This document shows, in pieces, positions 1 through 17,828 of a stretch of DNA of 64,000 bases. The position numbers and the translations under genes were made by a program. The notes beneath the pieces were generated by a model. It worked only from the letters and a program-made list of their open reading frames with translations, searched no databases and was not told the DNA's origin. How positions within the stretch are numbered: position 1 is the first letter of the stretch; each line of letters opens with the position of its first letter. This DNA comes from the human T2T-CHM13v2.0 reference genome, Homo sapiens, in NCBI RefSeq assembly GCF_009914755.1, contig NC_060938.1. One strand, given 5' to 3'.

Positions 1-441
1 TGGCACTGTGGACCAGTTCATGAAACCATGGCAGGGCTCATCACGGGCTCTATCGACAGACATCCCAGGGTGACTTCCGCAGGCCCGACCGCTTCCTCTT
101 TCCCCACACTCCCCTTGACTTCCAACCCCACTGCTATGGCCTTCACTCGAGTCACTGCACCTGCTTGGTACACCCCTTTCCACCTCTCCTGCCATCGATC
201 CGGTCCTTCTCACCTCCTTAATTCAGGTCATAGAGGTCTTCCACGCTGCCCAAAGCAGTCGATTTTGTTCTGTGCTGTGTGATTGGTCACATACCCCAAG
301 TCCTTAGGGCAGGAAATAATCTTATACTACTGTACAGCCTGCAAGCATTGCAGCGTCTTGCCTTTAACACATGAAAAGCACCATTTTAAGCTAGGAGATT
401 TAAATAGGAAATGCCTCTGACTCTGTTTCTTTTCCTTCCAG

Positions 442-483
442 GTCACTGCTGGACTGCCTCTTCCCAAGGCTTACATACAGGAG
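442..483 (+). CDS. MTHFD1: MTHFD1 coding exon (probably exon 22), VTAGLPLPKAYIQE
   Basis: ttccttccAG acceptor at 440-441 and GTaacc donor at 484; 42 nt; peptide matches the formyl-THF synthetase domain of C1-THF synthase. Confidence 0.95.
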
Positions 484-713
484 GTAACCTGAGTTATTTC
501 TCATCACGTGTCCTAGAAAGCACCACACCTTGAATCAGCATTTCTCCACCTGGCCCATGTGGAAATGAATGGGTTATTGCTGTGACCCAGGGCGCAGGGT
601 GCCAAAAGGCCTGCAGTGTGCTGAGGAGTTATATTAAATGAGTAGATAGGGAAGATGCACCTCACAAAATAGAATTGTCCCACATAGGGTGTCAATAAGC
701 CACTGCCCTAGAC

Positions 714-923
714 CAGTGGTTGATTCTCAACAGCTGATTTTGACCCCGGGGACATTTGGCAATGTCTAGAGACTTTTTTTATTATTACAACTGGAGGTGG
801 GGAGTGCTACTGGAATCTAGTGGGTAGAAACTGGGGATGCTGGCTAAACATCCTTTAATGCACAGGACAGCCCCTACAACATTATCCAGCTCAAATGTCG
901 GAGTGTGAGGCTGAGAAACCCTG
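714..923 (+). mobile_element. MER20 hAT-Charlie DNA transposon relic
   Basis: CAGTGGTT...AAACCCTG termini; ggggacatttggcaatgtct core; 8-bp TSD ccctagac (706-713)/tcctagac (924-931). Confidence 0.85.
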
Positions 924-2261
924 TCCTAGACTAATAGCAGTTCCCTTCCATTGTCTTCCCTGCATTGGCTGGGTAAGTTCCAAATGCCATTCAGATCAGA
1001 AGCAAGTAGAGACCTTTTTTGAAATGGCTTCTCCTCTGCCGATTTAAATCCATATTAACGGGCCAAGATATATGGTCAGGATTCTGGTTGTTTTTCTAGA
1101 CAAAGCTTCCTGGATATTTATAGCATCAAACAGGAGGCTAGAGAACAACTGTGAGCTCAAATCTTTTCATATTTATGTCATTTACCATCAAAGAAACATC
1201 TCTAAAGCCAGTTTGGGGTGGTTACAGGAAAGACAGGCCATCAGATAAGGTGGCAAGGTCACCTGCTGTCACTGCTAATTCAATTTTTCTGCCTTTTTGG
1301 AAGGCTTTTAAATTATCAAGCAATACAGGGTCACTGTTCAGGCCCCAAATGAAGTATTTCAAAACTGGCTAGAAAAAATTGCTGGTACCTTCAGTCTGCC
1401 TGTCTTCTGAGTTATGGTTTGCCTTTTATGGTCATTTGTCTGATTCACGCGTAGGAGGGGAATTCACAGTTCTGGCCCTCCTGCCACCCCACAGCCTTTC
1501 CTGTGTCTAATTACAGTGACTGCCCCTAGCTGGCCCAGCTGGTGTCTTCATTTAAGAAATTCTACTTATTTAAAACTGTTCTTGATCAGCGTTACATATT
1601 AATTGGTTTTCATGTGACTAGAGGTAAAGAATTAGCAGTGTTCTTTAGAAGCTCAAATAAATCATAATCTCAGTTTTCAATTATTAAAGGAAAAAAGCAT
1701 AAATCACATTTATAATGAACCTAGTTGTTTTCCACCTTTTATCCTACCTATTTCTGCTTTTTTGGGATCAACAAACATTAGTGCTGGGTTTTGCTCGATG
1801 ATTCAGTATATGTATTTTTATAGAAGACTCTTTTATTTTTAAAATATTTAATGTATTGTTAAGCCTACAATAGTAATATACCCTTTGTAAAAAATAATAA
1901 TTAAACATTATAAGAATGTAATATATGTGAGTTGAGTCCCCTTAACAGTTCGGTGCATATTTCTCGACATTTAAAAATTTTTCATGAATTATATACATGT
2001 ATTTTTGTGTTTGTCCTAAAATGGAATAATTAAGCTCTCCATGGTTTTGCACCTTTAGTACATCTTGGACAGGTTCCATGTTAACACAGATGGGTCTCAC
2101 TTTCATAACATCTGCATGATAAATATTTATTGAGTGTATATATCATAATTCATTGGCCCAGTCCCCCTTGGAGGAGGTTTATGTTTATAATTTTCCAATG
2201 CTACAAGCAGGGCTGCAGTAAACATACTTAAAGATACATTTCCTTAATTGCTTCCCTTTAG

Positions 2262-3362
<1,101 letters not shown>

Positions 3363-3906
3363 ACTGGCCTGATTCCTAAAGATAGTATTTATCTTATTTC
3401 TTGCCCTCGTTCACGGTCGAGTTCATTAAAACCTTTGAAAACATCACTGCTTACTTCATATTTCCTGGCAGTATTTACGGCAGCCATATAACGAATACCT
3501 CTTCTGTGCCAGCCACTATGTTGTTAGGCTCTGTCTTCTGATGGAAGGGTCTGTGCTGTGCAGAGTAGAGTCAATTTGTATTATCATAACCCTATGAATA
3601 CATAAAATCTATAAACACAATTGGTAAATATAATTTGGGTAAGGGTAACTAATTCCTTTCAAACAGCAAATAAGCTATAATGATGTGGCATAATGACAGG
3701 AAACATACCAGCTCTTTTTTTCTTGAAGGCTGGGAAACAAGCAGAGCTCTACTCTAGTGTCATAGGCTGGAGTGAAAGCTGCAGTTCTCCATAGCATCCA
3801 CTCACCGCACTGGAAAAAATGCACCAAGGGACCTTCTCTCTTCTTTCTTGGCCTCCTTGTCCTGATAGTGAGTGGCTGCTGGCTCAAGGAGGTTGTTTGC
3901 CTTTGA

Positions 3907-4071
<165 letters not shown>

Positions 4072-4520
4072 TAAGTGTAGAGTGTAAGCGAAAAGGATGA
4101 ATGTGGAAAATCTCCTGGAGCTGATTGTACAGCACTGCTTTTAGCTTTATTTTGTTTTTCAGTTACTGCTATTGGTTATAGCCTGTGGTTTTAGCCTGCA
4201 CTGTGACAGGCATTGCGTACGTCACTGCGGGCTCACCACCTCACCCACTGAGGGTCCCAAAGTCAGATTCAGCTCCTATGGGCCCTTTTCCTTTCCACTG
4301 GGGGAAGTAACACACAAGCCTGAAGTTCAATGTTCCTTTTTCATCTTTAGAGGCCTTTTATGCTAACAGAAGGTCATAGGCCTATAGTGTTCCATTATTT
4401 TACTAGATCTGGTGGGATGTTGTCTTGACAAAGAATTGGGCATATTACTCTGGAAGGGGTCATGCAAGAACTTGTGTGGGTTGTTTAGGTATTGCATTGG
4501 TGGTCAGGGTTTTGTTATAA

Positions 4521-4850
<330 letters not shown>

Positions 4851-4929
4851 CAGCAAAATTCTTAAATGCTAGTATTTACTGATTCCTTCTGGAGTGCTGG
4901 GAATTTTCCAAGTATTTTACATGGATTTA

Positions 4930-5075
4930 CCATCTGAGTCTCATAACGTCCCAATGAAATAAGTGCTGTGATTATTCGCGTATTACCAGGGTGGAAATTG
5001 AGGCACATAAAGATTAGGTAACTGGCCAAAAGTCACCAGCTAGTAAGTTTCGGAGCTGAGATTCAAACCCAGGCC
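4930..5075 (-). mobile_element. MIR SINE fragment
   Basis: gaaattgaggcac...gtcaccagctagtaag...gattcaaacccagg matches the reverse MIR core. Confidence 0.75.
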
Positions 5076-5120
5076 AAATTTCTTGGTTAGTGTTCGTTTA
5101 TCAGTGGGTAATTCACATGA

Positions 5121-5498
<378 letters not shown>

Positions 5499-5539
5499 TA
5501 GGTGACTTACACAACCACAGCCTGGACTCCCAGCTGTAG

Positions 5540-5842
<303 letters not shown>

Positions 5843-6454
5843 AGACAGCCTTCTTATAAACATATGCCACTGCTTACTTACAGAGGGGATTTAAGCAGGA
5901 ATACCCCAGGGTGGAGGGGGAACCGTTGCTCATATCCTAACTTCGAAAAGGGTCAAAGTACAGGTGGCAGAAGAGAAGGTTACATATAGACCAAATATGT
6001 AATTCACTGTAGCCTTTAAAACAAGGCACCAACCATGTAGCAGATTGGTAAGGGGCTGCATCGAGCTTACAAAATTTTTCTGATGGCTTTTCAGTAATAG
6101 GGGAAAGAAGTGTGCCCCCACGTTCACTTCCTGGTAAGGTGCTGCCTCAAGTTGAGGGCCCTCACATGCAAAACCAAAGTACTCCAGGAAGCTTCATCAT
6201 TTTTTCCATCACTAAGCAAATTAAATTACACCTGGTCTAAGTAGAGCCCTGCTTACTCTATGATACAATAAAGTTAGTTCAGGAAAAGGTTCTTATTATA
6301 GGGTTGTGTTTTGTTTTCATTTATCTGTCCAGTGTATTTCAGGATGTGATTTGACATTAAGTAGTATGGAAACAACAACTGGAAACTTTGTTAGGAATAT
6401 GAGATATATGCTGTAGTTAATTTTTCCTATTCTCTAGGCTAGTTTCTGGCTTGA

Positions 6455-7075
<621 letters not shown>

Positions 7076-7732
7076 GGCTTGGTTTTTAATAGATAATCAT
7101 AGACTTTCAAAAACAGCCATAAAAAAGCAGAAGGAATAAACTTATTACTCTTGAGTTTTAGTGTTCTCTTATTTCTCTTTGCCCCTTGCAGATATAATAC
7201 ACTTACAGTTAATTAACATTGACATTGACATTCTCCTGTTGAGCTTTGATTTTATAGGCAAGTTTTAAAATCTGTTCAGCAATCATCCTTTTAGAAAAAT
7301 GCCATAAACACAAATTTGCACACAAATGCAAAGCATTTATAGGCACCCTCTCCAGGCTCCAATGCATAGCACCCAAGGCTGGAAGCCCAGTCCTTGAAAA
7401 CCAGCAGGAGACCTGAAAGAGCAGGGACATATGGACTTTAGAACCCATTTCTACTTGCAACTTTTATCCATTCTGGCAAACAGGAGGCTGCCACTTTTTG
7501 TCTTACTCAGCGTCTGCTAGTCTTAAATCACCCTTCAACCAAAGTGCTTTTGCTTCAGAAGTTCTAAATGTGCCTTGGCATTTATAGAGCTCCAGTTATG
7601 AGATGCATATGAAAATAATCTGTGTTTCATCTTTATAAAGTCCTTATTGAATGTTCACTTTATTCATGCCCATTATATAAAGCCCCTTCATAAATTATCA
7701 TTGTTTAGTTCAAAAGGGAATTTTTGTTTTTA

Positions 7733-8092
<360 letters not shown>

Positions 8093-8606
8093 CTATAAAG
8101 ACAGATATATTGCCTAATTTTTGTAATTTGCTCATCCAAATTACCCATGAGTAGCTTTGCTTCTGATTTCCTTTAGGCAACCTCTCCGTATGCTGTTCTC
8201 TTTGAATCTTAATGCCCTGAACTAGTCTACACAGCATTTAAGAAGCCAGCTCCACTTCTCTGAAGGCTTTGCCCCGGAGGAAACAGCCCATGGGACTGAG
8301 GCCCTCACCAGTTAGACCACTGGTCTCTGTCCACTGCACTGTTTGCTTCAGGTGCCACAGAAAGTGGACATGCCCAATGCGTGTTGATCATGTAAATCAC
8401 TGGGTTGTTTTTTCTAATACCTGGGTGATTTTGATTTTATGACTATTTCCTAATTCCTGGTGCTTGCACTTAATCAATTGTGTTAAGGGTGGCATCTGCC
8501 TCTCATATACAGACTGGGAGTTATGTAGATGGACATTGGTTGTCTTATTTCATAAACAGTGTCCCCAGGTCTGGTTTGACAGGACTGATCTCCAGTATTA
8601 GAATAG

Positions 8607-8819
<213 letters not shown>

Positions 8820-8874
8820 TAGTCAGCAACACTGTTTATGATGTACTTAGCGAGAGATTTTAAATATGTACTTA

Positions 8875-8972
8875 TGTAAGTATATATTTAAAACCTTAAT
8901 ATATATTAATATGTGTATCTATATCTATATATATATGTATGTGTGTATATGTATATCTGCATATATAGATAT
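8875..8972. repeat. AT-rich (TA)n/(TG)n low-complexity tract
   Basis: tatatat...gtgtgtatat runs. Confidence 0.7.
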
Positions 8973-9041
8973 AAAAACTTTACCTCTGTGGGACATTTTC
9001 ACTTATAAAATCTGAGGCTTGATATTAAAAGAAAGTGTTCC

Positions 9042-9376
<335 letters not shown>

Positions 9377-9506
9377 TTATGTATATGTATATAAAAACCA
9401 TCTTCTGCCCCTTTTAGGGACTCTGACCTAGAATGTGGCTATGTCCTGGTTAAATGTCCTCACATGTGTCCAGTCATGGTGTCCCCATCTCTTTCTTGTG
9501 CATTAG

Positions 9507-9761
<255 letters not shown>

Positions 9762-9871
9762 TAGGTGGCACAGTCCCTGGTTCTTTATTTACCCATAGGC
9801 GTTATATGAATGTGTAGAAATCCATGAGGAAATACAGAATGTCTTACCAAAATATTGAGAACGTCTCCAGT

Positions 9872-10166
9872 TTTTGTTATTTTGAGATAGGGTCTGGCTC
9901 CATTGCCCAGGCTAGAGTGCAGTGGCACAATTTCAGCTCACTGCAGCCTCTGACTCCTAGGCTCAAGCGATCCTCCCACCTCAGCCTCCTGAGTAGCTGC
10001 GCCTACAGGCACGCACCACCACACCTGGCTAATTTTTGTGTTTTTTGTTGAGATGGGGTTTTGCCCTGTTGCCCAGGCTGGTCTTGAACTCCTGGGCTCA
10101 AGCAGTCCACCCATCTCAGTCTCCCAAAGTGCTGGAATTTATAGGCATGAACCACTGCACCTGACC
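9872..10166 (-). mobile_element. AluJ
   Basis: Diverged Alu with J diagnostics (ctcaagcgatcctccc, ctcctgggctcaag). Confidence 0.85.
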
Positions 10167-10388
10167 CTCTCCAATTTTATTCTCATATCTACTCCAAACT
10201 ATTATTTTAAATTAGTTTTATGTTATTTCCATAGATGGAAATAAAATATTCACTTGTGGACTACAGTTGTGAGTACCTAACTCCCTCACCCAACAGTTCT
10301 TTTTTTTTTTTTTTGGCTTAATAAATAAGCTGGAGGACAGCAAGATAGAGATGTATATAAAGGGAGTTGGATGTTTCGAATAAATTGA

Positions 10389-10676
<288 letters not shown>

Positions 10677-13106
10677 TGAAGTGTGTTGCCGAAACCATCA
10701 AGCAAATGCCAAGTGAGCAGAGTTCACTGCCCAGAAGAAAATTGGAATCGGGCCTATTATGATTGCTGTGGATCATAAGCTATAAAGCAGGAGCTATATA
10801 GCTCTTGCTGTGGACCATCTTGGTGTCAAATCAAGAATGATGCCAGGACTACTCATACTGAATAAAAAATTCTGTTTCCCAGGGACAGTATGCTCTTCAC
10901 TGAATCTAGGATGAGCCCAGTTGATAGGCTGGGGTAGTGCTAACATAATCACAGTTAATGTTTATTGGGAGCCTTACATAGATTAACTCAGTCCCCCCAC
11001 AGCCCTAGGAGGTAGGGACAGAGGTTTTACTGACAGGCCTAGAACTTACGTCTGAAATTCAGGGGGTTCATTATTTTTAAGTAAGGAATTTCCCCATTAA
11101 AAAATGCAAATGGACCCTTGAGATATGAAAGGTGAGGTTGCTTATTTACGCTTCAAGGTGAACAAGGTGTCCATTGCTTTCTTATCTTACAGATTTTATG
11201 CATATTCAAAGAAGAATATTGCCAGTTGGGAAGCAGAGGGGAGGGATGCTTAAGGACATAATCATAGTTTGGGCTGACATTGTTCCAAGGTTAACTTGGA
11301 TCCTGAATCTAGGTTATCCCCTAAATCTGCCCTGTATCCTGTATCTACAGATTGTACTGCCATGCAATACAGGACTGAAATATTAAACTAAATCAACACA
11401 CATGGAAAAGAAACCAACATACATCCTTTTGGATTTATGTCATTCTTTCAGTATAGTAAGAAAGTGGTAGGAGGTGGCATTATAGAGTTGAAAACGTAGG
11501 ACATTAGAGCTGAATTCATTTTCACCTCTTCAGATCTTGGCCTTGGGCAAATTATGAAAGGTGAGAGCCCTGCTGCCCTCAGCTCACACTGTAGGCAACA
11601 TCATCACATCACAGTGGTGCTTAGCACAAATGCCTGCATCTCACTGCCTCCTTAGCTCTCTATAGAGAGCAGAAGGCTTAGACTTGCTATGATGTACATC
11701 AGTCTCCAGGATTTGTAGAAATCCCTTGTGGTAGGAATTTTCCACCATTTTTACCCAGCACCTTGAATAGTGCAGAAATATGTGTTGTTCTTTTTGGAGA
11801 AGTTGTCAGCAGCTACCAGCTGAAAGACGGGTAGCTGTACTCTTTCTTGTCACTTTTGATCTTCACATGAAGAAAAGGGTAACAGTAGAGGTGAAAGCAA
11901 ATCTGGAAGCAGTCAGGCCAGTGAGAGTCAGGCTGTAAGGTGGAGAGAGACACAGCCTGCCGAACTCAAGACTTTCTCATTTAGAACAAAGTATGTGTCA
12001 GAGGCTTTTAACTTTAAGTTGGACCAAGGCGTTTCCACACATGATCAAATGGTTTAATCACTATTCTAACACCTTCCAGTTGCCGTTGGGGCCTTAACGA
12101 GACTCAGATTATTTGAATATTTTCTATATTAATTCAAAGTGTGATGGCTTATTTTCAGAACTTTATATCTAGGTTCATACATGTGCGTACACATAATATT
12201 TTCTTTTTTTGTATTTTTTCTGATTATCAGTGACCAGTGTTTAGGAGGGAAAATCCTCTTGGGGAATGAGTGAAAATATCAAAAATCCTACTCATCACTG
12301 TTTAGGGAACCATCTTTAGGGTTTTCTGCTGACATGCACATGCCCGTCTACAACAATGGGCATGTGTCTTTTATCTTTATAATGTCATCTTCCGGTTTTT
12401 CTGCTGTGTCTAAGGACCCATCCTTTCCTCTCTCCTACTTGTCTCACACCTAGCACCTCCTTACCTCTTACACAATATAAGAATATAAACCAGTTGTCAG
12501 ATCCCTATAATGTGTTTTGGGGAATATTGATTGGTACTCAGAAGTCAGTCAGAATGAGGTTTTCTAAAGTATTGATGATGTTTTGTGTTACAGAAGATGA
12601 CTCTTTTTAAATAACCTTTTTATAGTTAAGTTTTAGAAGTAACCTAAGCTGTTTTCCTGTCTAGATTTGATTTGGAACTTGTGTGTATTCATTATATAGG
12701 ACATTGTTACAGATAAAAATATACGGAGTTTTCACTTGCAAGCCGTACATATTTGCATCTAAGTAGAAATTTGTCAAAGCCGAGTCTTTAGAAAAGTAGT
12801 GAGTACAAATATAATTTGTAAGCATTACAAGTTTAGTTTTAGAAGGCCATTTTGGGCCAGTAAGAATGGTGATTATAAAACCATCTAGATTATGTACAAA
12901 AGTGTCTTGGCCCAAGTTAAAGGATACTAACTCCTACCATCGTGTTGCTGAAGCAAAAATCACATGGGCAGCTCAGCTAGCAAGACTGAACGAAACAAAA
13001 TTTAAAAGCAGACAAGCCCTGTACCTCCTTTTGGTCTTGCAAAGCGTGAGCTGAGGAGGCGAGTGAGCAACTCCTCTACTCCCCAGCACTCATTCTTGTA
13101 AGGTGA

Positions 13107-13560
<454 letters not shown>

Positions 13561-13662
13561 TAACAAGAGTACCCACTTTATTGACAACTATAAAATGATG
13601 TTCTATCTTTATGCCTTGGGCTTTCTTTCTGAAGGAAAAGTGAAAGTAAAGATGACTTTACG

Positions 13663-13932
13663 TTTATTTTAGACATGGCCTTGCTCTGTCGCCCAGGCAA
13701 TCGGATGATCATGGCTCACTGTGGCCTCAACCTCCTAGCCTCAAGCAATCCTCCTGCCTTAGCATCCCAAGTAGCTGGAACTACAGGCACATGCCATCAT
13801 ATCCAGCTAATTTTTTATTTCCTGTAGAGATGGGGGTCTCACTATGTTGCCCAGGGTGGTTTAGAACTCCTGGCCTCAAGTGATCCTCTCCACCTCAGCC
13901 TGGGATTATAGGCGTGAGCCACTGTGCCCAGC
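13663..13932 (-). mobile_element. AluJ ending ~35 nt upstream of the exon 27 acceptor
   Basis: Diverged Alu consensus. Confidence 0.85.
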
Positions 13933-13966
13933 ATTAGTTTATTTGTAATGCTTTTTTACATCCTAG

Positions 13967-14056
13967 ATGAGCACAATGCCTGGACTCCCCACCCGGCCCT
14001 GTTTTTATGATATTGATTTGGACCCTGAAACAGAACAGGTGAATGGATTATTCTAA
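13967..14056 (+). CDS. MTHFD1: MTHFD1 last coding exon (probably 27), MSTMPGLPTRPCFYDIDLDPETEQVNGLF*; exon continues to 14060
   Basis: tcctAG acceptor; TMPGLP...GLF* is the FTHFS C-terminus; TAA at 14054-14056; CAG|GTAAGT donor after 14060. Confidence 0.97.
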   Translation: MSTMPGLPTRPCFYDIDLDPETEQVNGLF

Positions 14057-14689
14057 ACAGGTAAGTTGTTACTGGGTAATAATTTGGCTTTTTTCCTCAT
14101 GTAGCTTATTTATGAATTATAGGGCTCAAACTGACGCTATAAAAATTCACATTCTAATGCTTTCAAAACATTTCTTTTCAGACTTCCCTGAGGGGAGAGG
14201 GGATAGTAATGAGAGTTGGCAATAACCAATGAATTGAAATATTTATATTTCAACACATTTTTGGAAGAAGCGCAGCATGGCTTGTCACAGGTTGACAGTG
14301 TAGGGGAGAAAACTGCTGTCCAATAAACTACAGAGGAAACTACAGGAGAGGTTAGACTCCCTCTGCTGAAGCCCCAGGAGGCTTGGGGTTCAGAGTTGAT
14401 GACACATTGCAGGTCAGGAACAGCTGACGGTCTGTATACTCTGAATAGGTAGTTAGAAGGCAAGAATTAGCAAATGTCTTAGGAAGTATAATAGAAAAGA
14501 GAAGGAAACAGGACCAATCTGGCAGTTCTTAGGGCCTTAGGTGAAAGGGCCCTGAGTACCGACTGCAATGAGTGACATTGCATTGTTTGATATTTTTGAA
14601 ATTTCAACAGGACGTGTCTCTCCTTAGGCAGACCCTTGGGGCTGAAGCAGCAAGTTGCAGTGTGCACTTATATCCCTAGACACATCCTG

Positions 14690-14960
14690 TTGAAACTGCA
14701 AAAATATCAAACATGAAAATCCTAACATCTTTCTCCAGAGACGAAAAAAGTGGCTTGCCTATGAAAAGAATGAGAACTAGACTTAACGCCCGTCTTACTG
14801 GCAATAAGAAGCTTTTAGACAATGGAGGAGTGTCCTGTAAGGTCACAGGGAAGATGACTTTCAACATGTGCTCACACCTAGCCGAATCTATCTGGATATT
14901 TTCAGACGTGCAAGGGTTTGCCACCCCACATCTCTTCCTAAGAAGTTATTTAGCAATGTA
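14690..14960 (+). mobile_element. Probable ancient L1/HAL1 ORF1 remnant
   Basis: Translation KILTSFSRDEK...MRTRL and downstream caatgg...ttcaac...gccgaatctatc resemble ORF1p C-terminal KILKAAREK...IRLT...QW...FQPRI.YPAKLS. Confidence 0.5.
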
Positions 14961-15507
14961 CTTAGCAAAATGAGGAATTAACCAAGAAAAAAGGAAGACG
15001 TGAGTTTTGGGAAACTGAACCCTCATTTGGACATTAGCGAAGGGGCATTCTGATAACCATGCAAATGACCTGAAGTTACAAATCCTGTGTGGAACAGGTT
15101 GGGGGAGCACCTGAGAAAAACTAGAAAAAGCTAGAAAAGACAAGGATATCAAAGGGTCATAGTATAAAACAAAAGCTCTTGCATTATTTGAGAAAGTTAA
15201 GGTCCAAGTAGAAGCAAACTGTAGTTTGATGCTAGAACACTATTCTTTGAGAGGGTATGTGTGATACTCGAAATGCAGTCATGGCTCACGGCTTGGTCTG
15301 GTCTTGAACAGTATTCACACAGTACTATGGAAATACCATGCATCATTTTCAAGTCCATTTATGGACACGCCCTAGAAGAGCTGGTGGCAGGAAAGGATGT
15401 AAATGTTAACAGCTTTGGCAATGTGAGTGGGTAATGGTGCAGTATGGAAGGAACAGGAAACATTTCAGTGCTTAGAGAAAACATTTATTTCTTGTTTTTC
15501 CTTCCAG

Positions 15508-15760
15508 ATCACCATCCATCTTCAAGAAGCTACTTTGAAAGTCTGGCCAGTGTCTATTCAGGCCCACTGGGAGTTAGGAAGTATAAGTAAGCCAAGAGAA
15601 GTCAGCCCCTGCCCAGAAGATCTGAAACTAATAGTAGGAGTTTCCCCAGAAGTCATTTTCAGCCTTAATTCTCATCATGTATAAATTAACATAAATCATG
15701 CATGTCTGTTTACTTTAGTGACGTTCCACAGAATAAAAGGAAACAAGTTTGCCATCTTGG
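15508..15760 (+). other. MTHFD1: MTHFD1 terminal 3'UTR exon (3' end approximate)
   Basis: tttttccttccAG acceptor ending 15507; AATAAA at 15732-15737 followed by GT-rich sequence. Confidence 0.88.
15732..15737 (+). terminator. MTHFD1: MTHFD1 polyadenylation signal AATAAA
   Basis: Canonical hexamer ~225 nt into the terminal exon; downstream ttggtgttg element. Confidence 0.85.
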
Positions 15761-16196
15761 TGTTGCAATATGAATTACAGCCTTAACAGACTGTGCCACA
15801 GGTCTCTGCCATCCTTTGTGAGCTCATTTGTCAGGCAGACCCTTGGGCTGAAGATGCAAGTTGCAGTGTGCCCTTTATGATACTGTTGTGTTTAGAGGGA
15901 AATGTATGCATGCTTGTGTATTTCTGAGAGGACACATAATTCAGGGGACCTCCTGAGAGGGTTGGGTTGGAAGTTGATGACTTACCTTTTAATCTTATAC
16001 CTTTCTATATTGTTGAATTTTGTTTTTCTACCCTGAGGAAGTATTGCTTATACAAGTTTTTGCCTGAACTTCCTTGGAATTCCCATTTCTGTCACAGCTT
16101 TAGCACTGTCTATGTTTAGAGTGCTCAAGAAGGATGGTCATGCAGCATTAGCCTTAGGTGAGCCTCTATTCTGTTGGTGCAGCAAGTATTCATTGA

Positions 16197-16420
<224 letters not shown>

Positions 16421-16427
16421 TAAAACA

Positions 16428-16468
16428 TTAGGTTGGTAAAAACCACAATTACTTTTGCACCAACCTAA
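16428..16468. mobile_element. MADE1 (Hsmar1-derived MITE), internally deleted
   Basis: TTAGGTTGGT...AAAAACCACAATTACTTTTGCACCAACCTAA followed by TA. Confidence 0.85.
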
Positions 16469-16489
16469 TATTTTTTTTCCTCCTCTTCT

Positions 16490-16783
<294 letters not shown>

Positions 16784-17310
16784 ATCAAATATTTTTCCTT
16801 CTCTTCTTGTTCTTTATCTTCTATCTCTGTTCTTCCTCTCCCATTTGTTTCCTTCCCTTTTTCCCCTTGTCTCCCTCCACTGGATCCTTCCAGAGGATGC
16901 TGCATCCCACTGGCGCCAGTGCTAAACACTGCTGATGTTGGCAAAGCAGTATTTTTCCCAGTGACCTTGGTTTTATTATTTTTAATTCCCTAGGTCCGTG
17001 TCAATGTTGTAATACAGTCAATTTTACAGTCCACAGAAATGATAGCGCTGCCTTGAGAGGCATATGGCAAAGGGGTCACAGTGCAGAGCCCCAGCTCTAT
17101 GGCAGAGAGCCTCACCCACCTCCCTGCCTCCACATCCTCACCATGGAAATAGGAGCACTGTTGGTACCTACCTCGTGAGGGCGGTTCTGGAATTACTCAA
17201 ACACATCATCTAAGATGCTTTGTACAGGGCCTGGCACATTGTAAGCACTTGTCAGTTCCTGTTGCACAGCATCCTCCAGGCCCTGTTTGCAGAGTTAATT
17301 GCTTCTGGTA

Positions 17311-17669
<359 letters not shown>

Positions 17670-17828
17670 TGAAACTTCACCTGGAATGGGATTTGCTGGG
17701 AATTCATTTTGTAGACAAGGGAAGGATGCAGTCTTGTCAGATATGGTGACTTAAGGATCATCTTAAAGGATTTAGGTTTCCTAATATCGCCAACAGCCAC
17801 ATGGGTTTAAATCCTCAATACTGGTAGG

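Noticed and set aside
12751-12758. Octamer ATTTGCAT, possible snRNA promoter
   Set aside because: No PSE or recognisable snRNA body nearby; a single 8-mer is expected by chance
14713-14973. 86-aa ORF in the last MTHFD1 intron
   Set aside because: Best explained as a decayed L1/HAL1 ORF1 remnant
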